In this document: piece after piece, positions 8,424 through 17,939 of the stretch | How the letters are laid out: each line of letters begins with the position of its first letter | Position numbering within the stretch: the first letter of the stretch is position 1 | Source: an uncultured Archangium sp. | Lineage (GTDB): Bacteria; Myxococcota; Myxococcia; Myxococcales; Myxococcaceae | Reading direction: 5' to 3' | NCBI GenBank assembly: GCA_903861945.1 | Contig: CAIOWM010000156.1 | Coordinates: 27,198-91,197 of the forward strand | DNA: 64,000 nt | Translations under genes and position numbers: made by a program | Notes under the pieces: generated by a model | Databases searched by the model: none | Told to the model about the DNA's origin: nothing | What the model saw: the letters and a program-made list of their open reading frames with translations, nothing else

Positions 8424-9463
8424 CCCCGCCCGGGCCGACCTCGGCCTATAGGGTGCCCGTGCCTGGCCGTACCGCCCACCTCGTCGACCCCGAAGGTCAA
8501 TCCTTCGCCGTGGGCGAGCGGCTGATCATCGGCCGCTCGCGCGACGCGGACCTCGTGGTGCACAGCGGCCGCGTCGACCGGCGCCACGTGGTGCTGGTGC
8601 GCCTGCCCTCGGGTGACGTGGAGGCGGAGGATTTGGCCACCACCACCGGCACCCGGCTCAACGGCGCGCCCCTCGCGCACCGGGTGCTCGCCGACGGCGA
8701 CGTGCTGGAGCTCGACGATCACCCCTTCGTGTTCCACCTGGGCCCCGAGCTCCCCTCGCCGGTGGACCCCATGGCGGCGGTGCTGGCGCAGGCCAGCGAC
8801 GGCGAGGCGGCCCTGCAGGTGTGGGTCGACGCGCTGCTCGAGCAGGGTGACCCGCTGGGTCCGCGCCTGGCCGCGGGCAAGCGCTTGCCGCTGGCGGCGC
8901 CGTTGTCGGAGGCGGTGCGCGAGGGCACGCTCGAGCTCGACTGGCGCGGAGGCTTCGTGCGCGCCGCGCGGCTGCGGGCCCAGGCCTTCACCGTCGACCG
9001 CGCGTTGCTCTTCGCGCTGCTGGCCTCGGAGGCGGCGCGGTTCCTCGACACCCTCGCCCTGCCCTACCTGCACCCGCGCTTCGGACTCGACGGCGCCGCG
9101 TTGCCCGCGCTGCGCGAGCTGCGCTTCGGCCCCTTCTTCACCGCGGAAGACGGCGCGCGGTGCACCGAGGCCCTCGCCCGCGCCCCCTTCGCGCGCGCCC
9201 CGTTCCTGCAGCCGCCGGTGGTGCAGCAGTACGCGCGCGCCTGGCTGGAGTTCGCAGGCGGCGAGCAGCGTCGCCTCGAGCAGGGCGCGCAGGTGACCTT
9301 CCCCACCTCCGCGGTGCGCTGGGAGTCGGGGGGCTGGCTGGTCTCGCGGGCGTACAAGCACCACTCGCTCCTCTTCAACGGCCGCAGCCGCTACACCGCG
9401 TTCCTCACCCCGGGCGACGAGGTGTCTTCGGGGGCCACGCGCTTCGTCTTCCGCGCCAGCTGA
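8420..9463 (+). CDS. FHA-domain protein
   Basis: A GTG start at 8420 overlaps the upstream TGA as GTGA. The N-terminus is an FHA domain: ...AHLVDPEGQSFAVGERLIIGRSRDADLVVHSGRVDRRHVVLVR...GTRLNGAPL...GDVLELDDHPFVF. A second FHA-like tail sits at the C-terminus: LLFNGRSRYTAFLTPGDEVSSGATRFVFRA. Confidence 0.7.
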   Translation: MTPPGPTSAYRVPVPGRTAHLVDPEGQSFAVGERLIIGRSRDADLVVHSGRVDRRHVVLVRLPSGDVEAEDLATTTGTRLNGAPLAHRVLADGDVLELDDHPFVFHLGPELPSPVDPMAAVLAQASDGEAALQVWVDALLEQGDPLGPRLAAGKRLPLAAPLSEAVREGTLELDWRGGFVRAARLRAQAFTVDRALLFALLASEAARFLDTLALPYLHPRFGLDGAALPALRELRFGPFFTAEDGARCTEALARAPFARAPFLQPPVVQQYARAWLEFAGGEQRRLEQGAQVTFPTSAVRWESGGWLVSRAYKHHSLLFNGRSRYTAFLTPGDEVSSGATRFVFRAS

Positions 9464-9478
9464 AGCACGGGCCGGCGC

Positions 9479-10393
9479 TCAGGGGCTCCAGCGGCTGTGG
9501 TCCTGGGCGAGCTGGTCCTGGAGCATGGCGATGAAGGCCTTGTGCGTGGGACTGAGCGACGCGCGCGACGACACCAGGGCGAAGAGGGTGACCGTCTTCC
9601 AGATCCACCCCGGGCACAGCTGCACCAGGCGCCCGCTGTGGAGGTGTTCGCGCAGCGCGTGGTGGGGGAGCACGCCCAGGCCTGCGCCGTTGAGCAGCAG
9701 GCTCAGCAGGGTGGTGCCGGAGTTGGCCTCGGCACGAAAGGCGGGAGAGATCTCCTCGGTCGCGCCGCCGGGGCCCCCGAAGCGCAAGGTGGCCGACGAC
9801 ACGAGCGAGTGGCGCACCCACGGCGCATCGGCGAGGTCCCGGGGCCGCGTCGCCTGGGCCCAACGCACGGCGAGGGCCGGCGCGGCGACGATGGGCTCGC
9901 TGAGCACCGCCAGCTTGCGGCTGACGAAGGTCGAGTTCTTCGGGGCCCCCAGCCGCACCGCGACGTCCACGCGCGACTCGAGCAGCTCGCCGGGCGCGTC
10001 GTCAGAGAGGATCTCCACGCGCACCCGCGGGTAGGCCGTCACGAAGCGCGCCACCACCGGGCCCACCAGCAGCGGCCCCAGGTCGCTGGTGGTGGAGACG
10101 CGCAGCACGCCCGAGGGCTCGCGGCGCCCCACCTCGAGGCTGCGGGTCACCAGGCCCAGGGCGTCGTCCATGCGCGTGGCCGCCTCGAGCACCTCGGTGC
10201 CGGCGCTCGTCAGCCGCACGCGCCGGGTCGTGCGCTCGAGCAGCCGGGCCCCACACCGCTCCTCGAGCTGCCGCACCCGCTCGCTCACCACGCTCTTCGA
10301 GAGCTTGAGCGCCTGGGCCGCGGCAGTGAAGGAGCCCAGCCGCGCGACCGAGCTGAACACCGCGAGCAGGGGACCATCGGCGGTGGTGAGCAT
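9479..10393 (-). CDS. LysR-family transcriptional regulator
   Basis: The N-terminal HTH reads LLAVFSSVARLGSFTAAAQALKLSKSVVSERVRQLEERCGARLLERTTRRVRLTSAG. A LysR substrate-binding domain follows. The gene is divergent from a small enzyme gene. Confidence 0.85.
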   Translation of the reverse strand: MLTTADGPLLAVFSSVARLGSFTAAAQALKLSKSVVSERVRQLEERCGARLLERTTRRVRLTSAGTEVLEAATRMDDALGLVTRSLEVGRREPSGVLRVSTTSDLGPLLVGPVVARFVTAYPRVRVEILSDDAPGELLESRVDVAVRLGAPKNSTFVSRKLAVLSEPIVAAPALAVRWAQATRPRDLADAPWVRHSLVSSATLRFGGPGGATEEISPAFRAEANSGTTLLSLLLNGAGLGVLPHHALREHLHSGRLVQLCPGWIWKTVTLFALVSSRASLSPTHKAFIAMLQDQLAQDHSRWSP

Positions 10394-10496
10394 TGTCCCG
10401 CGATACCGAACAGTCTGTCACCGGACAAGCGATTGTTCGAGACGCCCCCGGTGCGTACCTTCTGCACACCACCCCGCGTCACCCAGGAGCACCACC

Positions 10497-10910
10497 ATGA
10501 ACACTGACACCGCCCGCGCCCTCGTCGCCCCCTTCTACGAAGCCCTCAACACCCCCGCCGCGAAGGACGTGAAGGCGCTCATCGAGGGCGTGGCCAGCCC
10601 CGAGTGGCGCTCGTTCGCCGGGGAGACGGTGAGCAAGGGGCGCGAGGAGTTCATCGCGCAGGTGATGGGCTTCGGGAAGCTGCTCCCCGACCTCGCGTGG
10701 GAGATCAAGGAGGTCTTCGTGGACGGCGACCGGGTCATCGTGCGCAGCGAGGCGCGTGGCACGCCGGCCGGCGACTTCATGGGCGTGCCCCACGGCGGCA
10801 AGAAGTTCGCCATCATGACCCTCGACGTGCACACCGTGGCCAACGGCAAGTTGGTGCGCGCGCACCACGTCGAGGACTGGGCCAGCGCGCTGCGGCAGCT
10901 CAAGGCCTGA
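10497..10910 (+). CDS. SnoaL-like / ester-cyclase-like (NTF2 superfamily) protein
   Basis: ATG at 10497 follows a long LysR-shadow stretch. The 137-aa product is MNTDTARALVAPFYEALNTPA...VFVDGDRVIVRSEARGTPAGDFMGVPHGGKKF...MTLDVHTVANGKLV, the typical predicted ester-cyclase fold. It is divergent from the LysR gene. Confidence 0.7.
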   Translation: MNTDTARALVAPFYEALNTPAAKDVKALIEGVASPEWRSFAGETVSKGREEFIAQVMGFGKLLPDLAWEIKEVFVDGDRVIVRSEARGTPAGDFMGVPHGGKKFAIMTLDVHTVANGKLVRAHHVEDWASALRQLKA

Positions 10911-11406
10911 GCTGGGGGATGTACTTGGGACAGTTGCCGTCCCACGCGGCGACGGTGATGACGATGGCCTGGTCGGCGCGCTCCCCCTCGGGGGTGAGGC
11001 GGGCGAGGAGCGGGGCATCGTCCTCCACCACCCGGGCCGTGCCCCACACCTTCACCCGCTGGCGGTGCGCGTAGTCCATGAGGAAGAGCATCACCTTCGG
11101 GTTCTCGCTCAGGTTCCCCAGCGAGATGTACTGCCGGTTTCCCCGCAGGTCGGCGAAGGCGATGGTGTGCGCGTCGAGCACGTGGAGGAAGCCCGGCGCG
11201 CCCCCCCGGTGCTGCACGTAGGGTTGCCCCTGCAGGCTGGCGGTCGCGAGGTACGTGGTGGTCTGCGCGGCGATGAAGGCCGCGAGCTCGTCCGAGATGT
11301 CGCGCTCGAACGCGCCGGGCGCCCGCGAACCCTTCTTCGCCTGCACCGCCTTCACCGCCGGGGTGAAGGCGAGATCGCTGGATACGAGCTGCGGGCGCCG
11401 GCTCAC
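10900..11406 (-). CDS. Pyridoxamine 5'-phosphate oxidase-like FMN-binding (split-barrel) protein
   Basis: 168 aa: ...FIAAQTTTYLATASLQGQPYVQHRGGAPGFLHVLDAHTIAFADLRGNRQYISLGNL...MLFLMDY...RVKVWGTARVV. This is the PNPOx-like family pattern. Confidence 0.65.
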   Translation of the reverse strand: MSRRPQLVSSDLAFTPAVKAVQAKKGSRAPGAFERDISDELAAFIAAQTTTYLATASLQGQPYVQHRGGAPGFLHVLDAHTIAFADLRGNRQYISLGNLSENPKVMLFLMDYAHRQRVKVWGTARVVEDDAPLLARLTPEGERADQAIVITVAAWDGNCPKYIPQLRP

Positions 11407-11407
11407 C

Positions 11408-11965
11408 TCAGGCCGCCTTCTGCGCGGGCGCGGTCACCACGGGGAAGTCGATGACCGTCTTCGCCACCTCGTTGACGTAGTTGGTCAGGGTGTTGAGGGC
11501 GACGTGGAGCACGATCTCCACCACCTCCGCGTCGCCGTAGCCGGCCATCTTCACCGCCTGCAGGTCGGCGTCGGTGACGTGGCCACGCTCCTGCACCACG
11601 CGCGCGGCGAAGCGGAGCGCCGCGTCGGCCTTCGCGTCGGCCGACCGCCCGTGCCGGTTGGCCTCGAGCTCGACGTCGTCGAGCTTCGCCAGGTTCTTGC
11701 CCAGGTAGCTGTGCGCCGAGAGGCAGTAGCTGCAGCCGTTGAGCGAGGCCACGGCCAGGGCGAGGCGCTCGCGGGTGCGCGCGTCGAGCGAGCCCTTGCC
11801 CAACGCGCCGCTGAGGCCGAGGTAGCCCTCGAGCGCCGCCGGGCTGTTGCCCACCACGCGGAAGAGGTTGGGCACGAGGCCGAGCTGCTTCTGCACAGCC
11901 TCGAGCAGGGGCTGGGACTGCGCGGGCGACGACTGGATGGAGGCGGGGGTGGCGATGCGGGACAT
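11408..11965 (-). CDS. Carboxymuconolactone decarboxylase (AhpD-like) family protein
   Basis: The start is the internal Met in MSRIATPA..., preceded by GGAG. The protein contains the CxxC alkylhydroperoxidase-type motif (LNGCSYCLSAHSYLGK) and AhpD-like helices. It is divergent from the second LysR gene. Confidence 0.75.
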   Translation of the reverse strand: MSRIATPASIQSSPAQSQPLLEAVQKQLGLVPNLFRVVGNSPAALEGYLGLSGALGKGSLDARTRERLALAVASLNGCSYCLSAHSYLGKNLAKLDDVELEANRHGRSADAKADAALRFAARVVQERGHVTDADLQAVKMAGYGDAEVVEIVLHVALNTLTNYVNEVAKTVIDFPVVTAPAQKAA

Positions 11966-12082
11966 GGGGTGCTCCTGAGAAGGGCCGGCGGGCGGGATGC
12001 CCGTCTGGCGTGCCTCCAACATGTCATTGCCGATTCAGTTCAGAATCAGCACCATTGACAAGACACTGTTCCACATCGAGTA

Positions 12083-13003
12083 ATGGTGCCCATGGACCGC
12101 CTCGACGCCATGCAGGCCTTCGTCACCGTCGCCGACCTCCAGGGCTTCGCCGCCGCCGCGCGGAAGTTGAAGCGCTCGCCGCCCACGGTGACGCGGCTGG
12201 TGGCCTCGCTCGAGGACCGGCTGGGGCAGCGGCTGCTCCAGCGCACCACGCGCTCGGTGACCTTGACCGACGCGGGGCAGCGCTACGTGGAGCGGGCGCG
12301 GCGCATCCTCACCGAGGTGGAGCAGGCGGAGGCGGCGGCGCTCTCCCAGCGCACCGTGCCCACCGGGCGCTTCGTGGTGAGCGGGCCGGCGCTCTTCGGG
12401 AGGCTGCACCTCGCGCCGCTGATGTGCACCTACCTGCTGCGCTACCCCCAGGTGACCGGCGAGTTGATGCTCGCCGACCGCGTGGTGAACATGGTGGACG
12501 AAGGCGTGGACCTCGCGCTGCGCATCGGGCACCTCGCGGACTCGTCGCTGGTGGCGCGCAAGGTGGGGCAGACCTCGCGGGTGCTGGTGGCCGCGCCGAA
12601 GTACCTCGCGAAGCACCGGCCGCCGCGCACGCCCGAAGAGCTGCCCAAGCACGAGCTCATTCACTTCACCGCGCTCTCGCCGGCGCCCGAGTGGCGCTTC
12701 GAGCGCAAGGGCCGCGAGCACACCGTGCGCTTCTCCCCGCGGCTGGTGACCAACAGCGGGGACGCGGCCATCGGCCATGCGCTGCTCGGGGGTGGCCTGA
12801 CGCTCGCCCTCGCGTACCAGGTGGCCGACGCAGTGAAGGCGGGGCGCCTGGTGACGGTGCTCGAGGCCTTCGAGCCGCCGCCGCTGCCCATCTCGTGCGT
12901 CTACCCCTCGGCGCGCATGGTCTCGGCCAACACCCGCGCCTTCCTCGAGCTCGCGGCGGGGCAGCGCTGGGTGTTCGGCGGGGCGGGACCACGGGCCGAT
13001 TGA
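12083..13003 (+). CDS. LysR-family transcriptional regulator
   Basis: The HTH reads MDRLDAMQAFVTVADLQGFAAAARKLKRSPPTVTRLVASLEDRLGQRLLQRTTRSVTLTDAGQRY. A LysR substrate-binding domain follows. An alternative start is MDRL at 12092. Confidence 0.85.
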   Translation: MVPMDRLDAMQAFVTVADLQGFAAAARKLKRSPPTVTRLVASLEDRLGQRLLQRTTRSVTLTDAGQRYVERARRILTEVEQAEAAALSQRTVPTGRFVVSGPALFGRLHLAPLMCTYLLRYPQVTGELMLADRVVNMVDEGVDLALRIGHLADSSLVARKVGQTSRVLVAAPKYLAKHRPPRTPEELPKHELIHFTALSPAPEWRFERKGREHTVRFSPRLVTNSGDAAIGHALLGGGLTLALAYQVADAVKAGRLVTVLEAFEPPPLPISCVYPSARMVSANTRAFLELAAGQRWVFGGAGPRAD

Positions 13004-13125
13004 TCCGCCGAAGTGAGCGAGCCACCCCGTCACCTTGATGGGGCACCGCCCTGGCTCGAACTCCAAGGGCCCACAATCAGGGTGAACGGGGCGTGTCATG
13101 GAATTCGCAATGGGGTGGCTGCACC

Positions 13126-13443
13126 ATGCACAAGCAAACCGCAGCAGCTGAAATCATGAGCGATGGGGCCTCGGGCCTGCAGCACGCCGTCGACGTCGTG
13201 GAAGGTGAAGTCCGCTCCGTCGCCATGAAGTCGCAGGGAGTCGTGCGTCGACACCCGCTGACCTCGGTGGGCGTGGCGGTGGGCGCTGGCGTCGCGACCG
13301 GGCTGGCCCTGGGCGTGGTCGCAGAGCGAATGCTCGCCTCGCGTCGCACGCCTCCGTCGGTCCTCGAGCGTCTCGGGGCTGTCGCGCTTTTTACGTCGGC
13401 GGCCCGCGGGCTGGGCCTGCTCGTGAAGCGAATCGCGTCGTGA
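13126..13443 (+). CDS. Small membrane-anchored protein, DUF883/ElaB-YqjD-like
   Basis: The C-terminal anchor RRHPLTSVGVAVGAGVATGLALGVV resembles the YqjD/ElaB tail. The start was chosen at MHKQ; MSDG at 13156 is an alternative. Confidence 0.45.
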   Translation: MHKQTAAAEIMSDGASGLQHAVDVVEGEVRSVAMKSQGVVRRHPLTSVGVAVGAGVATGLALGVVAERMLASRRTPPSVLERLGAVALFTSAARGLGLLVKRIAS

Positions 13444-13703
13444 GGTTCGGCGCGTGGGTGGTGGGGTTCCTCTCCGCGGGCTGCGTGACCTCGCTGGAGG
13501 CACAGCGCGATTCGCAGGAGCACCAGTACAAGTCCGACCAGGCCGCCGCGAGTGGCTTCTACGGCAAGGCCGCCGACGAGCAGCGCAAGACCGCCGACGC
13601 GCACCACACCGCGGTGAAGAAGGCCATCGACGAGGGGCTGCCCATTCCCGAGCAGCCTCGCGCCGGGGACCCGTGGCCTGATGGCGGCGTCACCTGCCCG
13701 TGA
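13440..13703 (+). CDS. Small lipoprotein
   Basis: A GTG start overlaps the upstream TGA. Signal peptide plus lipobox: FGAWVVGFLSAGC. The 87-aa mature part is charged. Confidence 0.5.
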   Translation: MRFGAWVVGFLSAGCVTSLEAQRDSQEHQYKSDQAAASGFYGKAADEQRKTADAHHTAVKKAIDEGLPIPEQPRAGDPWPDGGVTCP

Positions 13704-13731
13704 GCCGCACGCGGTGCCTCCCCACGGAGGA

Positions 13732-14688
13732 ATGAGCCATAAGCACCGCCTCATGGCTCTGTCCTTCATGCGCCCCGCCCTGCTCGCCGCGTTGCTCTGC
13801 TCAGGCTGCCTCGTCGACGTCGAGGGGCTGCCGGATGCCGGAATGAGCATCACCGGGCCCGACGCAGGCGGCCCCATCGCCGACGCCGGGCTCGAGGGCT
13901 TCGACGCAGGAACCCTGGACGCGGGGAGGTCCGACGCCGGCCTCGCCGATGCGGGGCTCCCCGACGCAGGCCATCCGCAGGTCGATGCGGGCACGCCGGT
14001 GCTCGACGCCGGCACGACCACGCCGGTGTTCGTCATCGTCGGCTACATGGGGCTGCGCCAGCGCTCGCTCGACCTCGGCCTGACCTGGAGCACCCCGCAG
14101 ACCCTCGGCGCCGACGGCGACAACGAGTTCCTCCTGCGCGCGGTGACCTTCGGCGCGGGCCAGTTCGTCTCCGTCGGCTGGAAGATCGAGACCTCGCCCG
14201 ACGGCCTGGCGTGGACCGAGCGCCCCAACGCCGAGCAGCAGTGGCTGGGCGCGGTGCAGTGGGTCCCCCAGGCGAACCTCTTCAGCGCCGTGGGCGGCTA
14301 CGGCTACTCCGCGTGGTCGAGCGACGGCGCGAGCTGGACGGCGAGCACCTTCCGCAACGCCGAGGCCGCGCGCTCCATGGCCTTCGACGGCACGACGCTC
14401 ATGGCCGCCACCGACCCGGGCACCTGGTGGCGCTCGACCGACGGGAAGAACTGGGTCACCGCGAGCTCCGGCCACGGCAGCGCCGACATCGTCTCCTGCA
14501 ACGGGCCGTTCTCCGAGCGCAACGCGTGCAACAGCACGGTGGTGGCCGGTGACGTGGCCTTCGGTCACGGGGTGTGGGTGCGCTCGAACTGGACGCAGGT
14601 GCAGCGCTCCACCGACGGCACGCACTGGACGACGGTGCTCACCACCATCGCCGGCGTCACCGGGGTGGCGTTCGGCGAAGTGCGCTGA
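13732..14688 (+). CDS. Lipoprotein with DAG-type short repeats and a BNR/beta-propeller-like C-terminal domain
   Basis: GGAGG precedes the ATG at 13732. The start is MSHKHRLMALSFMRPALLAALLCSGC, a lipobox. A DAG-repeat stretch follows (DAGGPIADAGLEGFDAGTLDAGRSDAGLADAGLPDAG). Repeated S-x-D-G-x-x-W motifs follow (SPDGLAWT, SSDGASWT, STDGKNWV, STDGTHWT). Confidence 0.8.
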   Translation: MSHKHRLMALSFMRPALLAALLCSGCLVDVEGLPDAGMSITGPDAGGPIADAGLEGFDAGTLDAGRSDAGLADAGLPDAGHPQVDAGTPVLDAGTTTPVFVIVGYMGLRQRSLDLGLTWSTPQTLGADGDNEFLLRAVTFGAGQFVSVGWKIETSPDGLAWTERPNAEQQWLGAVQWVPQANLFSAVGGYGYSAWSSDGASWTASTFRNAEAARSMAFDGTTLMAATDPGTWWRSTDGKNWVTASSGHGSADIVSCNGPFSERNACNSTVVAGDVAFGHGVWVRSNWTQVQRSTDGTHWTTVLTTIAGVTGVAFGEVR

Positions 14689-14737
14689 GCGCGAACTACC
14701 AGCCCGCGGCCCGGCGCGACGGTGTAGCTGGAGCGCC

Positions 14738-15055
14738 ATGACCCCCGACGCGCTCAAGGTGCTCTCTGACGTGCTGCGGGAAGCGCTCCCCGAGCGGGAC
14801 GCGGAGGACCTCATTCGCTGGGCCCAGCACCCCGACGCGGTGCGCACGTTGATCGAGCACCAGCGGCTGACGGAGGGCGGGCGCTGCGTCGCCTGCGGCA
14901 TGCTCTCGGGTCGCGACCACGCTGAAGACTGTGTGCTCCTCGAGGCCACCGAGCGCCTCGACATCACCTGGCACTCGCCGGTGCACGAGCTCGACCGGGC
15001 CCACGAAGAGGCGCTGCAGCAGGCCGCGATGGAGCATGACGCGTCAGGGAATTGA
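14738..15055 (+). CDS. Hypothetical small protein (105 aa)
   Basis: ATG at 14738 gives MTPDALKVLSDVLREALPERDAEDLIRWAQHPDAVRTLIEHQRLTEGGRCVACGM... GC3 is high. The 3' end overlaps the start of the kinase gene by ~20 nt. Confidence 0.4.
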   Translation: MTPDALKVLSDVLREALPERDAEDLIRWAQHPDAVRTLIEHQRLTEGGRCVACGMLSGRDHAEDCVLLEATERLDITWHSPVHELDRAHEEALQQAAMEHDASGN

Positions 15056-16847
15056 CGCGCGCACACTGACGTGGCCAGAGGTGGTGACGGCGGGGCGAAC
15101 GACGCGGCAAGTTCAGGCCGTGCACCTGCTGCGAGAGTGGATTGATCGCCCGTCGAGAGACCCGTCACTGTCGATTCAGACGCGCGCCCACGTCAGGCTG
15201 GTGGGGTGGCTCGTGGTGCTCGGCGTGCCCGTCGACACGGTGCTCACGGCGCTGCATGTGGCGCGCGGTGCGTGGGCCGAAGCGTTGATGACGGCGCTCC
15301 TGGGGATCTCGTGCCTGACGCTGATGGTGGTGCTGCGCGCGCGCCTCGCCTTCGAACCGCTGGCCCACGCCGTCGGGGTCCTGCAGTTGGTGGTGAACGG
15401 CGCGCAGGTGCTGGCCACGGGCGAGCCGACCGGATTGCACTGGCTCTCTGCGCTGCCGCTCATCGTGCTCTTCTTCGCCGGGATGCGGCCCGCGCTGGCC
15501 TGGGCGGTCGTCTCGACGGTGGCGACGGCGCTCATCGCGGGAGCGGTCTCGCTCCGGGGCAACGGCCGCGCCGACGCGATGGTCGTCGCCTTCAACGAGT
15601 GGGTGCTGATGCCGGTGCTGCTGGGCCTGGGCGGCACCTTCTGGGTGATTCAGCAGCGCATGCTCGAGCAACTGATCAGCGCGCGCCACGACGCAGAGGC
15701 GGCCAACCGCGCGAAGTCTTCCTTCCTCGCGAGCATGAGCCACGAGATTCGCACCCCGCTCAACGGGGTGCTGGGCACCACCGAGTTGCTGCTCACGCGC
15801 CAGGCCCAGCTCGACTCCGCGACCCGCGACGACGTGAGCACCATTCACGAGAGCGGCCACATGCTGCTGCGCCTGCTCAACGAGTTGCTCGACCTCTCGA
15901 AGATCGAAGCAGGCCGGCTCGAGGTGCACGCGCACGACTTCCCCCTCGAGCGGGCGCTGCGCGAGGTGGTGGGCCTCTACCAGGCCGGCGCGCGCACCCG
16001 GGGCCTCACGCTGGAGTACCGCTCGAGCCTGCCCGCGGGGCTGTGGCTGCACGGCGACTCGGTGCGCCTTCGACAGGTGCTCAACAACCTCGTGGGCAAC
16101 GCGCTCAAGTTCACCGACCAGGGCCAGGTGGTGGTGCGCTGCTCGGGTGAGGAGCATTCACCGGGGCAGTGGGCGCTGGTATTCGACGTGCTCGACTCGG
16201 GGCGCGGGATCAGCGCGGTGGACCAGGAGCGCATGTTCGAGCCCTTCACCCAGCTCCACCGCACCGACTCGTTGAGCGGCACGGGCCTGGGCCTGCCGCT
16301 CTCGCGCTCGCTGGCCCGCGCCATGGGAGGCGAACTGGTGGCGCTCCCCAACCCCGAGCACCAGGGCTCGTGCTTCCGGCTGACCCTCACCCTGCCGCAG
16401 GCGAAAGCCGCCACGGCGACGGAGCGCACGGCGCTGCCCCTGGTCCCGGGCACGAAGCGCGGGCGGGCGCTGGTGGTGGACGACAACCCGGTCAACCTGC
16501 GCGTGGCCTCGGCCATGGTGGCCCTCCTGGGCTTCGAGGTGGACGTCGCGCGCGACGGGCTGGAGGCGCTGGCGCTGATGGACGCCCACCCCTACGCGCT
16601 GGTGTTGATGGACTGCCACATGCCCATTCTCGACGGGCTCGAGGCCACCCGGCGCCAGCGGCTCAAGGAAGCACGCGGCGAGAGCCAGCGGCTCACCATC
16701 GTGGCGCTGACCGCCTCGGTGCTCGCCCCGGAGGTCGCCGCCTGCCTCGAGAGCGGCCTGGACGAGGTGCTCGCCAAGCCGCTGCAACTGCGCGCCCTCG
16801 AAGAGCTGGTAGTGCGCCTCGACGCGGTCCCACCATCGGCGACCTGA
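15036..16847 (+). CDS. Hybrid sensor histidine kinase (membrane sensor, HisKA, HATPase_c, REC)
   Basis: The N-terminal third has several TM helices. HisKA reads [27 protein letters not shown], with the H-box. HATPase_c reads [16 protein letters not shown]...DSGRGIS...[20 protein letters not shown]. The C-terminal REC reads [14 protein letters not shown]...[18 protein letters not shown]...IVALTA. Confidence 0.85.
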   Translation: MTRQGIDARTLTWPEVVTAGRTTRQVQAVHLLREWIDRPSRDPSLSIQTRAHVRLVGWLVVLGVPVDTVLTALHVARGAWAEALMTALLGISCLTLMVVLRARLAFEPLAHAVGVLQLVVNGAQVLATGEPTGLHWLSALPLIVLFFAGMRPALAWAVVSTVATALIAGAVSLRGNGRADAMVVAFNEWVLMPVLLGLGGTFWVIQQRMLEQLISARHDAEAANRAKSSFLASMSHEIRTPLNGVLGTTELLLTRQAQLDSATRDDVSTIHESGHMLLRLLNELLDLSKIEAGRLEVHAHDFPLERALREVVGLYQAGARTRGLTLEYRSSLPAGLWLHGDSVRLRQVLNNLVGNALKFTDQGQVVVRCSGEEHSPGQWALVFDVLDSGRGISAVDQERMFEPFTQLHRTDSLSGTGLGLPLSRSLARAMGGELVALPNPEHQGSCFRLTLTLPQAKAATATERTALPLVPGTKRGRALVVDDNPVNLRVASAMVALLGFEVDVARDGLEALALMDAHPYALVLMDCHMPILDGLEATRRQRLKEARGESQRLTIVALTASVLAPEVAACLESGLDEVLAKPLQLRALEELVVRLDAVPPSAT

Positions 16848-16853
16848 TTCGCC

Positions 16854-17939
16854 GTGGCGGTGCATGATGCCCGCGTGGCGCACATCGGCTGGTCACCACT
16901 GCTCGTCGTGGTCCTGAGTCTGGGCTGCGAAGCCCCCCGGTCGCTGCCCGCCGAGGCCTACGTGTGGAACCGACGCTGGACGCCCGCGGTGCGCGAGGCC
17001 GTCACCCAGCGCCCGCAAGGACTGCAGGGACTGAGGGTGCTGCTCGGAGAGACCGGCCCCGCGGCCGCGTGGGTGAACCCCGACGTCTCGGCCCTGCGCG
17101 GCGTGCGCGTGGTCGCGGTGCTGCGCGTCGGGGGTCCGCTGCCGGACGACGCGACGTGGAGCGACTTCGTGTCGCGCGCAGTGGCCTTGAGAGCCGCCGG
17201 CGTGGCCGTGGGCCAGGTGGAGGTCGACTTCGACGCGCCGCTCGAGGGCCTGGGGGCCTACGTGGCCTGGCTCACCGCCACCCGCGGCGCGCTGCCCTTC
17301 GCGAGGTCGGTGACGGCGTTGCCCAGTTGGGTCGACTCGCCGCACCTGCGCGCCTTGAGCGCGAGCGTCGACGAGGTGGTGCTGCAGGTGCACACGGTGC
17401 GGGCCCCGGTGCTCTTCGAGGCCGACGCCGCGCTGCGAGACGTCGCTCGCTGGTCCGAAGCGACGAACCGCCCCTTTCGCGTCGCGCTCCCGGCCTACCG
17501 CGCGCGCCTCGCTTCCGGTGAAGAGCTCGCCGCGAGACCCACCGACGTCGCGCGCGTGAGGCAGGCGCTGGCTGCGCAACGCCTGGTCTCGGGCCTCGTC
17601 TTCTTCCGCCTGGGCAACGCCGACGACCGCCAGGCGTGGAGCCTCGCCACCCTGGACGCCACGCTCGCCGCGCGCCCCCTCGAGGCCCGGGTCGTCGCGC
17701 GCCTCGCGCCCATCGACGACGCTGGCGGCTTCGACGTGTGGCTGGACCACGAGGGGGAGGTCGACGCGCAGGCGCCCGCGGCCATCACCATCGACGGTTC
17801 GCTCGACACACTGCTGGCCACCACCGGCTACCACCGCGAAGGCTCCCGCTTCTTCACCTCGCACCCGCCCTGGCTCCGCCGCGGGGAGCAACTGCGGCTG
17901 GGCACGGTCCGCGGAAAGAACCTCCATGTCGCGCGGTAG
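16854..17939 (+). CDS. Lipoprotein, DUF3142-like
   Basis: The N-terminus is MAVHDARVAHIGWSPLLVVVLSLGC, a lipobox. The conserved core is ...EAYVWNRRWTP.... Family assignment is from memory of DUF3142 proteins and is tentative. Confidence 0.55.
   Translation: MAVHDARVAHIGWSPLLVVVLSLGCEAPRSLPAEAYVWNRRWTPAVREAVTQRPQGLQGLRVLLGETGPAAAWVNPDVSALRGVRVVAVLRVGGPLPDDATWSDFVSRAVALRAAGVAVGQVEVDFDAPLEGLGAYVAWLTATRGALPFARSVTALPSWVDSPHLRALSASVDEVVLQVHTVRAPVLFEADAALRDVARWSEATNRPFRVALPAYRARLASGEELAARPTDVARVRQALAAQRLVSGLVFFRLGNADDRQAWSLATLDATLAARPLEARVVARLAPIDDAGGFDVWLDHEGEVDAQAPAAITIDGSLDTLLATTGYHREGSRFFTSHPPWLRRGEQLRLGTVRGKNLHVAR

Noticed and set aside
14549-15055. Longer 168-aa reading of the ORF upstream of the hybrid kinase.
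   Set aside because: The N-terminal 63 residues (MTWPSVTGCGCARTGRRCS...) are Arg/Cys/Pro nonsense overlapping the preceding lipoprotein gene. Only the part from ATG 14738 is retained, at low confidence.
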